Counted from the stretch's first letter, positions 1 through 12,257 are shown. The stretch: DNA of 64,000 nucleotides from Azolla caroliniana (GCA_043228905.1 JBHGNT010000015.1:15562001-15626000), one strand, 5' to 3'. The notes: a model not told the origin generated them from the sequence alone. Made by a program: numbers and translations.

Positions 1-670
1 GAATTTCCCATTTCGTTGCACAAGTCGCTCTACTGCCGACTTCATCTCTGACATCGCACGTTGCTCTTGTTGCATCCGCTCAATCATCATCATCATTATG
101 CTCATCGCCTCTTGTTGATTCTCCATCTCCTTGCCACCCGCTTTCACGTCAGGTTCACCACTTGTGTCGTGCCTTTCAGCGCCAAATCGTTGCGTGAGTC
201 GGGTGGGAACCACTGGGGTTTTGGACTAGGACGAGGAGGAATTTGAGAAGAGTCTAGTTATGTATAGATTATTAGAAGCTTGTGAATCCCACAAGTATTA
301 TATTATTTCGTGAATCCCACGAATATAGTTTATTGATTGTTGGTGTTTTAGGAAATATATCCAATTTCCAAGTATTTCACACCCCTTACGTTGTGCTCCC
401 CATCCTTATGTAGTGATGAGGGAGTCTTAGTAATCCATGCGTTTTCTCTAAGTATAGACTCCATGCTTTTTCTATAGATAGACTATATGCATTATCTAAA
501 GTTATCGTGCTTTTTCAAACTTGTGCGTTTTTTATTGACTATAGCGTTCATGCACGCTAGATGTGCATGCGTAGCCTTTTCTTTTAGCATGCGTTTTTCT
601 TTTAACTAAAGTTTATCCTAGATGAACTTAGCTTTCTATATGGGACATCTACTTTTTACCACTAATGAAA

Positions 671-738
671 TGCTAGTGTAATGGTAAGGTTTCACATTAT
701 TAACATGGAGGTGCAAGGTTCGAATCTTGCCCTATGCA
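671..738 (+). other. Degenerate tRNA-like / tRNA-SINE head
   Basis: A-box-like TAGTGTAATGGT (674-685), B-box GGTTCGAATC inside a GCAAG/CTTGC T-arm-like stem, and partly complementary ends (TGCTAG...CTATGCA). No clean anticodon arm. Confidence 0.4.
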
Positions 739-1419
739 TGTATTATTTATTTTGACATTTTCTTCTATTTCTTCATATTTACTAAAACGTTACTTTATAA
801 GTTTTTCATGTAGTGTACGAAATACACTACGACAACGGCAGCAGTCGACACATTGCACATAGTTGTCACAAAAACTTTCCCACAAAGGGGGGAGACTACT
901 CATTAAAATCATGGCTTTTAGTTCACTGCAACGGTCGTGACACGGTCTCTCTGCAACGGTCGTGCGCTACGCTGTCGTTGCTGCCGTTTGCAACGTCTAT
1001 CGCCGCCTGCTACCGTGCTGCACTCTCTCTCTCTCTCCCCCCCATTGTGCTGTCGTCTATTGCCGCGCTGCCGCCTCTGACGTCCATCGCCGTCTACTGC
1101 CGTCTGCTACCGTCTGCTGACGTCCGTCTTCATCTGCTACCGTCCATCGCCGTCTGCCGACGTCCGTCGCCGTCTGCGTGTTGGACGACCTGCTGCCGTT
1201 CGTCATCGTTCATCGTAGTCGCCATTGCTGTTGCCGTGTTCTTCTCCTTCTTGTTCTTGAGGTTGCCGAGTGTCGTGTTTCTTTTCTTGGCGGCACATCC
1301 TTGTTCTTTTAGCGTGATCGTCGTGTGCAAAATGCCGATGTGACTACGACATACACACAAACTCGGCTAAGTCTCGAACCCATTTATTTTATCCTTTTTT
1401 TTTACTTATTGACACTACA

Positions 1420-2208
1420 ATGTCTAAATGAAAGGAACATAAGGATACACAAGACGAGGCTATAAGTAAGGAGGACTTTTTGGATATGTTTAACCGTTTA
1501 ACAAAAATAGAGATGGATATGAAAAAAAAGGGTGAAAGACGCCGAAACCCACAAGAAAAAAGATAGAGATGAAAAAGACACCCTCAAGGCCGAAATAGAA
1601 AAACTTAAAGAGGAAAACACAAACCTCAAACAACACCTTAATGACATCAAGGTACCTTGAGAGGACGGTGAAATATCCTCCATAGAGGATATAAAAGATG
1701 AGAGATTAAAAATAACATAGAGTTAGCAAAAACGGGTTGGGTAGATGTGGTTAAAAGAAACACTAAAAAAGAAATAAAGGATGAAAATATTGTTAATACC
1801 ACCCTCGAAGAGGAGAAAATGCGCCAGGCCCGACGCCTAAATGTGTGTGTCATTGGGCTCAAGGAAGGTGCATCCCTGGACGAGGATGCACAAACACTCG
1901 GGAAAATGTTAGGGTACACAACGACCCTACCTATCACCAAAGCTTGGAGGGCCGGATGTGACACAACTAGGAAGAGAGCCTTAGTTCTTCAATTTAAAGA
2001 CTTAGACTCTAGAATCACTTTCTTTAAGAAGAGACCAATTCTTCGAGGATTGGGTGGGGACCCTATCTATCTCGATGAAGACCTCACCAAGATGCAAATT
2101 GAGTATCGCAAGAGTTGTATGCCAAAGGTTATGCAAGCTCGTAAAGACGGGCATCGCGCCTTTTATCGAGATGGGCGAGTGATCATAAATGATCGCACTA
2201 CTAATTGA
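1420..2208 (+). pseudogene. LINE ORF1 (coiled coil plus RRM/Tnp22-like C-terminal part), disrupted
   Basis: ATG at 1420, early TGA and frameshifts in a K/E-rich coil, then RRLNVCVIGLKE...RALVLQF...IYLDEDLT...FYRDGRVIIND, typical of LINE ORF1p C-termini. Confidence 0.7.
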
Positions 2209-2214
2209 CGGCGT

Positions 2215-3224
2215 GTGGCCCATGTGATAGAAAACACACTTAGGATGACCTTATGGAATTGTAACAGCGCACTCTGGACACACCCCGGCCACCTAGAGGG
2301 GATATTAAAGGAATCAAATATAGTTTGCCTAGTAAAAACACACCAAAGCCCAAATAGGGGACTCCCACGAGTCGAAGGATTTCGTTGGGAGTCGGCTTTT
2401 AGACAAACCTCACGTCGATGCACTACCAGGGGATCTGGAGGTGTCGCAATATTGTTTCGGAGGGAGCTACATAATAGGATAGAAATACTGAGCACAGACC
2501 CAGAAGCTTGTTTTATGTGCGCGAAAGTCTCCACAAGCAAGGACAAGGCAGTATTTTTCGCCATTTGTAACTTTCCCCCGAAAGGTTCTCATTATAATCT
2601 GGCTAGCGAGGCGAGATTAGTTGATGACGGAGTGCCACATGGGCCTTCCCCATATGAACCTCTATCGGATAACATAATCCGATATTCTTCCCAAGGAGAA
2701 GTATTCCTTGTAGGAGACTTTAATGCGAGAACCCAATCCCGACAATGCACAATATTTCAAATGAATAGAAACCTAGAAATGGTAAATGTCGATCCTTTAG
2801 ACATAAACACCACACGTAGATCAAAGGATCAAGGTGCGGACGCCACGAGCTTTGGCCATCATTTGCTCGAACTCGGTAGTCGGCACCAGATGGTCATATA
2901 TAATGGTTTAGCCAAGTGGCTAGGTTCGAAAGAGCTCACATGTTTCCCACATGGAGGGGAAAGCACAATCGATTATCTAATAGGACGCCCTGAAGCTACC
3001 CACATGATTAACTCCTTCCGAGTGGCCCCATGTCCTATTGGCGCGGACCATAGTTTCTTATACTTCGAGCTAAAATGCGATATCTCTAACGTCACCAACT
3101 CTAGTCAACCACACCATGACATCACAATACATTTCACACATGAGCTCTCTGACATATATGCTCGACATGTTCAAGCCCATCTCTCCTCCCTTGATCCCTC
3201 CCTACCTTTAGAGAGCCTTAGTAC
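2215..3224 (+). pseudogene. LINE ORF2 apurinic-like endonuclease domain, truncated
   Basis: APE motifs in order: LWNCNS, CLVKTH (QET-like), GGVAIL, LVGDFNAR, STIDY, GADH. The ORF runs into the LTR palindrome after residues SLPLESLS. Confidence 0.85.
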
Positions 3225-3438
3225 TGTTGGCCGGTCAGAAGAGCAAGGACAAGTGGGAAGGCGGAGTCGGATCGGATAATAGGAAGTAAATAATAGTAGA
3301 ATTATTATTCGGAGGGACGGATCCGGTACAGTTGTACCGGATCCGTCCCTCCGAATAATAATTCTACTATTATTTACTTCCTATTATCCGATCCGACTCC
3401 GCCTTCCCACTTGTCCTTGCTCTTCTGACCGGCCAACA
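3225..3438. repeat. Perfect inverted repeat: 106-bp arms (3225-3330 and 3333-3438) with a 2-nt spacer, each arm an LTR 5' end
   Basis: TGTTGGCCGGTCAGAAG...GGATCCGGTACA GT TGTACCGGATCC...CTTCTGACCGGCCAACA, read directly. Confidence 0.95.
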
Positions 3439-3488
3439 CATGGCACGCCCGTGGGAAAGTGCCTTGCACTTTGAATCCACTCCCGGCC

Positions 3489-6400
3489 TCATTCTTCCTC
3501 CAAAATATCGAGCAGAGTGTGCTCGATGGTGTCAAGTGGTGCTTCTTCCTCCTGTTCCTTGCCTGCCTGGTCTCCGACCTCCGGTTGGGTTGGTTTTTCC
3601 GTAAAAATTTGTTGCTCCGGCTCTGCTTGATTCTGTGGTGCCGGTGCTTCCTCACCGCTTCGTCCGGGTTCTTCCTGTTCTCCCTCCGTTCCTGGCTCTG
3701 TTCTGTTACCAGTGTCGCTTTCTCCGGTCTCAACTGGTCGGCTCGATATGCCTCCTTCCTCTGCTCTAGTGTCTTCCGGTCTCAGCTCTTCTTCTTCTCC
3801 GGCATCGGTCTGCTCCTGCTCTTCTTCTTCTCCTTCGAACGGAAGTTCTTCTTCGGGTATTCCTCGTCGGGGTTGTTCGGTGTCGGTTGGTTCAACTTCA
3901 GCCGGTCGCTCTCCCTCACTAATAGTGATTGGCGTCGTTCTTCCCTTAGCTTCCTGTCGTAACCGGTCCTGCTCGTATCTCTCCAACTCCAACTGAGTTG
4001 TGAGTTGCCCGTCATCCAACCTCTCTACCACAACCCTCGGATTTCTTTGAGATGTTCTTCCGCTAAAGCGTAGAAATCCTCCGACAATTCTTCCCGAATG
4101 GCGACGATACTTTCTTCATCCATCTTGTAGAACTTGTCACCGGTCTTCCTCCGATTCTCGACATCCGCTCGGAGTGTCTGCAGCTCGGCTGCCTGTTGTG
4201 ACCACTCCTTCCATAGCTTTTCTGTACTTTCGTTGATGCTTGCCTGAGCTCGGGTACTCCATCCTGACATGATGAGCTTGATCCGGTCAACCCCCGCCTT
4301 AGCATGCGCATAAGCTTCTTGCTTTTCCTTCCTTGCCCGTTTTATAATGTCGGCCATTATCTGAGCCTGGGCCTCGTAATCCGCTCTCTGCTTTTCATAG
4401 GTACTTTGCAGTTTGCTGATCGTGAAGGTCGATTTTTCCTTTTCTTCATTCCTGATCTTGGTCAGATCCAGCTTTTCCCGCCTTAGCGCCTCTAATTCCT
4501 TCCTTCTCTCCGTCGCTTGGGCTATTTCCGCCGACAATGCTTCCTTGTTGGCACTGACCTCATCTATTGCCTTAGCCAGGTCTAATCGGGTCTCTTTGAG
4601 TTGTTCTTTCAGCTTCTCTATTTGCCGGTCGTAGTCTGCTACCCGTTTCTTATTGTCCGACTCGGCCTGCTTGTGATCTCGGTAGAGACGGTCGAAGTCC
4701 TCCGTCTTTTACTTCAGGCGTCGGTTTGCCTGAGCTCTTAACCGATCGTCCCGGTCCTTCTGTTGTCGAAGTTCTTCCTGCAGTCGTTCTATCTCCTGCT
4801 CGGCATGTCGACGCAGTCGATCCTTCTCCTTTTTCAGCTTCTCTTTTTCTTCTTGCAGTCGGTCNNNNNNNNNNNNNNNNNNNNNNNNNNNNNNNNNNNN
4901 NNNNNNNNNNNNNNNNNNNNNNNNNNNNNNNNNNNNNNNNNNNNNNNNNNNNNNNNNNNNNNNNGAGCTTGATCCGGTCAACCCCCGCCTTAGCATGCGC
5001 ATAAGCTTCTTGCTTTTCCTTCCTTGCCCGTTTTATAATGTCGGCCATTATCTGAGCCTGGGCCTCGTAATCCGCTCTCTGCTTTTCATAGGTACTTTGC
5101 AGTTTGCTGATCGTGAAGGTCGATTTTTCCTTTTCTTCATTCCTGATCTTGGTCAGATCCAGCTTTTCCCGCCTTAGCGCCTCTAATTCCTTCCTTCTCT
5201 CCGTCGCTTGGGCTATTTCCGCCGACAATGCTTCCTTGTTGGCACTGACCTCATCTATTGCCTTAGCCAGGTCTAATCGGGTCTCTTTGAGTTGTTCTTT
5301 CAGCTTCTCTATTTGCCGGTCGTAGTCTGCTACCCGTTTCTTATTGTCCGACTCGGCCTGCTTGTGATCTCGGTAGAGACGGTCGAAGTCCTCCGTCTTT
5401 TACTTCAGGCGTCGGTTTGCCTGAGCTCTTAACCGATCGTCCCGGTCCTTCTGTTGTCGAAGTTCTTCCTGCAGTCGTTCTATCTCCTGCTCGGCATGTC
5501 GACGCAGTCGATCCTTCTCCTTTTTCAGCTTCTCTTTTTCTTCTTGCAGTCGGTCATTAGTGGCTCGACCTTTCCGGAGGCCTTCTTCCATTTTTCGTCT
5601 GTCGTCCTCCACCGCTTTCCGCTGCTCCCTTTCTCTTTCCCTTAATCCCTCCTGAGCTTTTAACTCCTCTCGTAAGGTTTCTATTATTTTTTCGGTCTCA
5701 GGGCCGGTTTGCAAGGCTACCGGTTCCGGTTCCGGTTCTGGTTGCTTCCTTGTTGTCCCGACCGGCTCGGTGACAACTTGTGCTTGTTGAATTCCTTCCT
5801 TGCCTGCAATAGCTCCCCTTGCATTTCCTCGATCTGTGTTCGGAGCGCGACCAACTCCTGAGTTGTTGTATGCGTCAGCTGTTGCCTACACGTTTCTTCT
5901 TTGTCTAACTGGTCCGCTACTCTCGATAACTGCTCCGAAAGCCATCTCAGCCATTGTGGCTTTGTTCTTCCTGTGTCGGGTTGGCCCTGCTTACTTAACT
6001 CAGGCTGTTTTTCCGGCCTTTTCTCTGGCTCCGGCGCTTGTTCATTCTTCTTCTCTGGGATGACCGGTTCTCTGAAGTCCGGCACAACCGATGTCGGTGT
6101 TGCTTCCCTCGGTACGGGTTCCGGTACTGCTTCCGCCTCGGCTACTGGAGGCGGTCCTTGCGCCCTCTGCTGAGTTTTGTCAACTGGTGGAGCCGGTCCT
6201 TTCGCCCCTCTCTCCCGACCCTGTCTTGCTGGGAGTCTTACCAGTGGTTCGGATGAGTCTTCTGTTTCAACTTCCTCCTCCGGTGCGGCTACCAGGCGGA
6301 CCTTTTGTATAAAGACCTCTGGTTCCAGTTCCGGCCGTCGCAGCGTTATATTGATTGGTTTGCGTGCTACCGGTTCCTCCTCGGCCGATTTCCCTTTGCC

Positions 6401-7087
6401 TTTTCTTGCCGGTTTTGCCTTTGTTGCCGGTTCCTATTGCTGTCGGGATGGTCCTTCCCCCCGCTGTTCTGCTTCTTGCTGGGTCCATCCGGGGGTGTGT
6501 TTCTCCAAGATCTGTCGGCGCTTTGTGACCTTTTCCGGCGTCGTCTCCTGCCGACCTCTTTTCTTTTGTGTGATGGGGAGCACCAGTGGGACTAACACCG
6601 TTAGCCATTGTGCTATCCCGGCCCATGGCTTTTTTCCTTCCACAAGATTCTTGATGGCCTCCTTCAATCCTTCGGTTATGAAATGGAGCCAGTCTACTTG
6701 TAATCCTTCGTATGCTGCTATTAAGAACGCTGCCCGGTACCTGGCTATGGCCGGGGGACGAGGATTCACGAATCCGTATTCCATCATGGCGCGGGCCACT
6801 TCTCCGAACAACAGGTTCTCTCCGCCTTGTGTTCGGTACGCCTTGCTGCTGATAGAGTACTCACCGAAATATTCGAACAGGATTTCACTTGAAGGGTTTT
6901 CTATTGTTTGAAGTCCTCCTGCTTTTATCCCCGTGAGCGCCTGCACCGCTCCTTCCGTGATTTCTGATAAATCGATCGATGTTGCCGCCTGCTCTGGTTC
7001 TGCGTGTGGTGGAGCGTTGGCGATCCGCAGCAATCCTTTTAACCCGTTCTCCCTCATCCATTGGCGTGCCTCCTCCGACAGTACCAT
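3489..7087 (-). pseudogene. Extra ORF of the gypsy element: globular N-domain, Pro/Glu-rich linker, long coiled coil, acidic tail; about 950 aa once the assembly duplicate is removed
   Basis: ORF pieces 6434-7087, 5717-6085, 5400-5714, 4025-4537 and 3489-4031 join through single stops and two frameshifts. N-domain includes YEGLQVDWLHFITEGLKEAI; E/K/R/Q heptad-like text spans about 4025-5950. Confidence 0.75.
4274..5555. other. Assembly gap (100 N, 4865-4964) flanked by a duplicated 591-bp contig overlap
   Basis: 4274-4864 matches 4965-5555 at offset 691, and both copies abut the N run. Confidence 0.9.
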
Positions 7088-7517
7088 TGTTTCAAATTCT
7101 TCTTCTGTTGCCTGTTGTTTGGGATCGGGTTGTGTGTGCTCTGTGCGTCGGATCGCTCTTCTGTGCTTCTACGCCTGTATGTAGGAAAATTCGTAAAAAG
7201 TGAGTCCTTCGCAGGCCCGTGTCTTATATAGTGGCTTTTGCCTCGAGCCGCCCTTTTTCGTTTCCCGCGCATGTTCCTCTCCCGCCATAATTAGTATGTC
7301 CTTTCTTGTTTGCCGCGTGTGAGTGCCCACGTTCCATGCTTTAAATAGCAAGTACGTGCACGTCCTTCTTTAATGCATGGCGCCTCTTCGTTGCATGGTG
7401 GCGCTCCCACCTCTTGTGATCTCCCCATCATTACTGTGATTCGCGTCGATTTTGCCCACGTCTTCTTCTCTTTTTTTTCTTTTTCTTTTTTTTCTTTCTT
7501 TCTTTGTTTGGACCACG

Positions 7518-10500
7518 TCATTTGCTGGTCCCCCCCGATTTGTTCGGGTCGGTTCGTGTGGATACCGGATCCTTCTGTCGGTTTTCCGGGATAGTCTTTG
7601 TCAGTATCGGTGTCGGTTCTTCCTCGGTCCGAATATCTTCAGCAGCATCTGTCGGTGTCGGTTCCTCATCTTGCCGGATTTCCGGGTTTTGCTTGAACGG
7701 GTTGGCTGGCATATTTCCCTTATACGGCTTTAGCCGAAACCCATTTGCCCACTTGCCGATGACATCTCCAGACAACGTGCCGAGCTGATACGACCCATTG
7801 TACTCCTTGGTGATCCAGAACGGTCCGGTCCACCGAAACCGCAACTTTCCCGGCATGTTACCCATCCATGTCTGGAATAGTAGCACTGGTTTCCCGACTT
7901 CGAACTCCTTTTCGTTGCCCCGCCGGTGTCGGTCCACGAAAGCTTTTCTCCTCCTTTGCTCCAGTTCGAGTTGTAGTAAGCTGGCTATTCGGTTTTCTTC
8001 TAATTCCAACAACGTCGCCAGCCGGATTCATTCGGACTCGTTCTCACTTAAGCGCTCCTTTACCTGAATCCGTAAGCTGGGGATCTGGAACTCTACCGGC
8101 ATGACCGCTTCTAAACCAAATGCTAGTCGGAACGGGGTTGTCCGGATGTTGGTTTTGTACATTGTTCGGTACGCCCATAGCGCGCTTTGCAATTTCGTAT
8201 CCCAGTCGGTCTGGTTCTCGTTGACGATTTTTCGTAGGATGTTCTGCAGAGTTTTGTTCGTTGATTCCGCTAGTCCATTGGCTTGAGGGTAGTAGGGAGT
8301 ACACTTTTTATGTACCACCGCGTAAAATGACGCCAGGCTTTCTACTACCTACCCGAGAAAATGTCCTCCTTGGTCACTTATAAGCTCGATCGGGCATCCA
8401 TACCGGCACCATATGCACTCGTACAGGAACTTTGCCGTGGACGCGGCCGTGTTGTCCCATAAGGCCTTTGCTTCTACCCATTTGGTGCAATAGTCGGTCG
8501 CCACTATGACATAACGATTTCCGGTTCGCATTGCCGGTGGCTTGAAGGGACCAACAAAGTCCAAACCCCACTTTTGAAACGGTTCCAAAGGCAAGACCGG
8601 GTGGTGTGGCATCCGGGCCTGCTCCGTGGGTTGGCCCAGTCATTGACACAAATCGCATTCTCTGCTATACTTCAGGCATCTTTTAGGGTGGTGGGCCACC
8701 ACAGTCCGCTCTGCCATATTTTCCGAGCGGTTGCGTCGCCGGCATAATGCCCGCCGGCAATTCCACAGTGGGCTTCCCTGAGGATTAAATCCTTCTCATC
8801 GCTCCGCACTGCTCGTCTCCAGATGCCATCTGCCCCCTTGTGATAGAGGGTGTCTCCAACCAAGCAGAAATGTCTGCTTCTTACTGCTACCCTTTTCCTT
8901 TCATCGCGGTCCATGTTCTCCGGGGGAACTCCGGTGCTCAGGAACTGATGCATCTCAGTTAGCCACGTGTCTTCATCGGCTACCGTTGCATCCGTTGCCG
9001 GTTTCGTCGTGATCCGGAACAACTCGGCGTCGGGAAACTCATCCTGGACGTCGTCCCCTGCTTCTCCGGATTCGAGTCTGCTTAGGTAGTCCGCTACCGC
9101 ATGCTGCGCCTCGGGTCGGTGGAAAATGTCGAATTCAAATTCCTGTAACAGCAGTGTCCATCGTGCAATTTTTCCCGTCAGGGATGCCTTCGAGACCAGG
9201 TAGAGTAGTGCCGAATGGTCGACATGGAAGGAAAACTTCCTTCCGAGCAGATAGTGCCTGTACTTTGTGACACTACACACCATTCCCAATGCCTCGCGTT
9301 CCGTTGTAGAGTAATTCCGCTCGGCTTTTGAGAGTTTCCGGCTTGCGTAGTACACCGGTCGGTACCATTTCGGCTCCGTGAGTTGCATCAAAACGCTGCC
9401 GATTGCTACGTCCGACGCGTCGACGAAGACGTGAAAGCTTTTACTCCAATCCAGCGGTTGCACCACCGGAGCTTGCAACAGCATAACCTTCAACGCTTGG
9501 TAAGCTTCCTCCTCCTTCTCCGCCCATAGGAAGGGTACCCTGTGTACGGCGGTATGTAATGGTGTAGCGAAGTCTGCGAGGTGTCGTATCATCCGGCTAT
9601 GCCACCTTATTTGGCCCAGGAACTGGCTTAAAGCCTTTGCGTTATTTGGTGCTGGTGCCTCGAGAATCGCCTTGACTTTATCCGGATCTACCGCGATTCC
9701 TTCCTTACTCACCACGTGCCCTAGTAAGTTGCCGCTTGCCACTCCAAAGACACACTTGGTCGGGTTCAGGCTCAATCGGTACTCGCGGCACTTCTCCAAG
9801 CACAGCCGGAGGTGATCGAGATGCTCTCCGTGCCGGCTGTAGACCGCGAAATCGTCAAGGAAGACCTGCATAAAACCCGGGATATATTCCCCGAAAATTT
9901 CCATTATTATCCTTTGAAAGGTCGTTGGAGCCGTCTTTAGTCCGAACATCATCACGACCGCGACGAACACTCCCCATTCCATCACGAACGTTGTCTTCTC
10001 CTGGTCGGCCGGGTTCATTCGTATTTGGTTGTAGCCGCTAAATCCATCCAGGAAGCTGTAAACTTCGTGGCCGGCTACCGCATCTAACACCCCGTTCGTA
10101 AATGGTAGTGGAAACGCATCGGTCACTGTTGCGGCATTTAGTTTTCAGTAGTCCACGCATACCCGGATTTTGCCGTTCTTTTTCGGGACCACCACTATCG
10201 GACTCAGCCAGGTTTCCTGCTTGACCGGTCGGATAAATCCGACCCGGAGGAGCTTATCAATTTCCTCCTTCACCTTCGCCGCATAATTCGGATTCATCCG
10301 GTACCTGCGTTGAGCGATCGGTTTCGCGTCCGTACTTAGGTGAATTTGGTGCTGATAGAGCTGGGGGTCCAGCCCTCGCATGTCTTCGTACGACCACGCG
10401 AACACATCCTTAAAATCTGTTAATAATGCTACCATTGCCTTCTTTTCTTCCTTCGGCAATTCCTTTGCAACATTTACCGGTCAGGGCTTGTCTGTTGTGC

Positions 10501-10824
10501 CGAGGTCCACCTCCTCTAGTTGGGATGCTTTTACCCTCTGGGATATCGTCATTTCCCTCTCTAGGGATTCCTGCGCTTGTCGCAGTTCCCGGATCGCCGC
10601 TTGGTCCGGTTCATCCGGCGTCGTAATGTACGGTTCTACTGCCGCCGTGATATCCACCTCAAATAGTGGGACGATTCGTGGGTGTTCCTCGAGGTACCGC
10701 TCGACTTCCTCGTCCGGTAATCCCTCCAACATGTTAATGCTTTCCGCATACAATGGAGTTGCTTCCTTACTGGTGATCACCCGTGGTTGCGTCGTTACTC
10801 GTACCTTTGTTTTCCCTCGCCGGA
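7518..10824 (-). pseudogene. Gypsy pol (RT, RNase H, integrase) with premature stops
   Basis: WLSPIVVVPKKNGKIRVCVDY, FLDGFSGYNQI, MMFGLK, VFLDDF (RT); VFVDASD, YYASRKL, NYSTTERE (RNase H); HCGIAGGHY, GLDFVGP, ISDQG, QANGLAE, WTGPF (integrase). Confidence 0.95.
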
Positions 10825-11021
10825 ATGTGTATGTGTATGTGTATGCGTATGGGTATGCGTATGTGTATGTGTATGTGTATGCGTATGCGTATGCGTATGG
10901 GTATGTGTATGGGTATGTGTATGTGTATGTGTATGTGTATGGGTATGTGTATGCGTATGTGTATGCGTATGCGTATGCGTATGTGTATGTGTATGTGTAT
11001 GTGTATGTATACGCATACGTA

Positions 11022-11088
<67 letters not shown>

Positions 11089-11237
11089 GTGGATGTGGAT
11101 GTGGATGTGGATGTGGATGTGGATGTGGATGTGGATGTGGATGTGGATGTGCATGTGGATGTGGATGTGCATGTGCATGTGCATGTGCATGTGCATGTGC
11201 ATGTGCATGTGCATGTGCATGTGTATGTGCATGTGCA

Positions 11238-11274
<37 letters not shown>

Positions 11275-11477
11275 GGGTATGTGTATGTGTATGTGTATGG
11301 GTATGTGTATGGGTATGGGTATGGGTATGCGTATGGGTATGCGTATGGGTATGCGTATGCGTATGCGTATGCGTATGCGTATGCGTATGCGTATGTGTAT
11401 GCGTATGCGTATGCGTATGCGTATGTGTATGGGTATGTGTATGTGTATGTGTATGCGTATGTGTATGCGTATGCGTA

Positions 11478-11508
<31 letters not shown>

Positions 11509-11635
11509 GGGTATGGGTATGGGTATGTGTGAATGTGCATGCACTTGTGCATATTAATGTGCATGCATATGTTTATGTGTATGTATATGTGTATGTGTAT
11601 GTGTATGCATATGCCTATGCATATGTGTATGTGTA
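10825..11635. repeat. About 810-bp hexamer microsatellite (ATGTGT)n with blocks of ATGCGT, ATGGGT, ATGTGG and ATGTGC variants
   Basis: Read directly; it explains the dipeptide-repeat ORFs in all six frames. Confidence 0.98.
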
Positions 11636-12257
11636 CGATAAACATCAAGTATGCACTTTGATCTTGGGAAAAAAGTGTCCGGTGTTGACCAGGCAGGAAG
11701 GCCAAAGGAGTAAAAGGAGAAAGGAAGCCAAGCATAGGAAAAAGCCAAACAAGGGGAGGCGGCCAAGAGCCGAATGGATCGTTACTATAATGCCAATTAT
11801 TCAATGACTCAAACAATTGTAACTGACCATGCTTCCCAAAAATAGGAAGCATGGAGTCGTATATAAGTGTTGTGTGAATGAGAGAGGGAGCAACTGTATT
11901 TTTTAGACGCGAAACTGTACAAGAGGGACGAGCACTTATCATAGAGAACAGAGAGTTATACTGACAGTCAATCGGTACTTGTAATAGAGTTGTACCATTA
12001 ATATATTATTCTTTCTTGTGGGGGAAACCCTACGTGGCCTATCTATGTAGTAAGGTGTATTGATCTAGTATTACTATGTAGTAGCTTGCCCAGAATCGGT
12101 TGTAGACAATTCGGCAAGGTACCTATTCCTATGTTCCTTGCGAGTCTATAGAAATAGGTTTGTGTCTCCGAGTGTCGTGTGGAGTAGACGAGTTGGGTGC
12201 CCTCATAATGAGATGCCTCGGGTAACCCTGGAGTAAAATTACCCTAACTCTGTAACC
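11632..12257 (+). mobile_element. Possible solo LTR or LTR fragment
   Basis: Starts TGTACG, has TATATAAG at about 11860 followed by an AG-rich tract and an LTR-like U5 composition. No TSD or terminal CA confirmed. Confidence 0.3.

Larger units (their letters stand above)
925..3224 (+). mobile_element. Two-ORF APE-type LINE (RTE-X/L2-like), 5' half only; truncated at 3224 by an LTR sequence
   Basis: GC-rich putative 5' UTR with repeated CGTCCATCGCCGTC units (about 925-1340), followed by ORF1 and an APE endonuclease ORF2. No RT follows. The 5' boundary is approximate. Confidence 0.75.
3333..10824 (-). mobile_element. Ty3/gypsy LTR retrotransposon (non-chromovirus type); gag, protease and 5' LTR missing; carries an extra ORF
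   Basis: RT-RNaseH-integrase order on the minus strand, a downstream extra ORF, and a probable 3' LTR start TGTTGG at 3438. Confidence 0.9.

Noticed and set aside
4274-5555. 591-bp tandem duplication inside the gypsy extra ORF
   Set aside because: The copies appear identical and both abut a round 100-N gap, so this is an unmerged contig overlap rather than biology.
10380-11942. Long ORFs of dipeptide repeats (VY, CV, HI, MC, YT) in all frames
   Set aside because: They are a by-product of a stop-free hexamer microsatellite; there is no evidence of coding.
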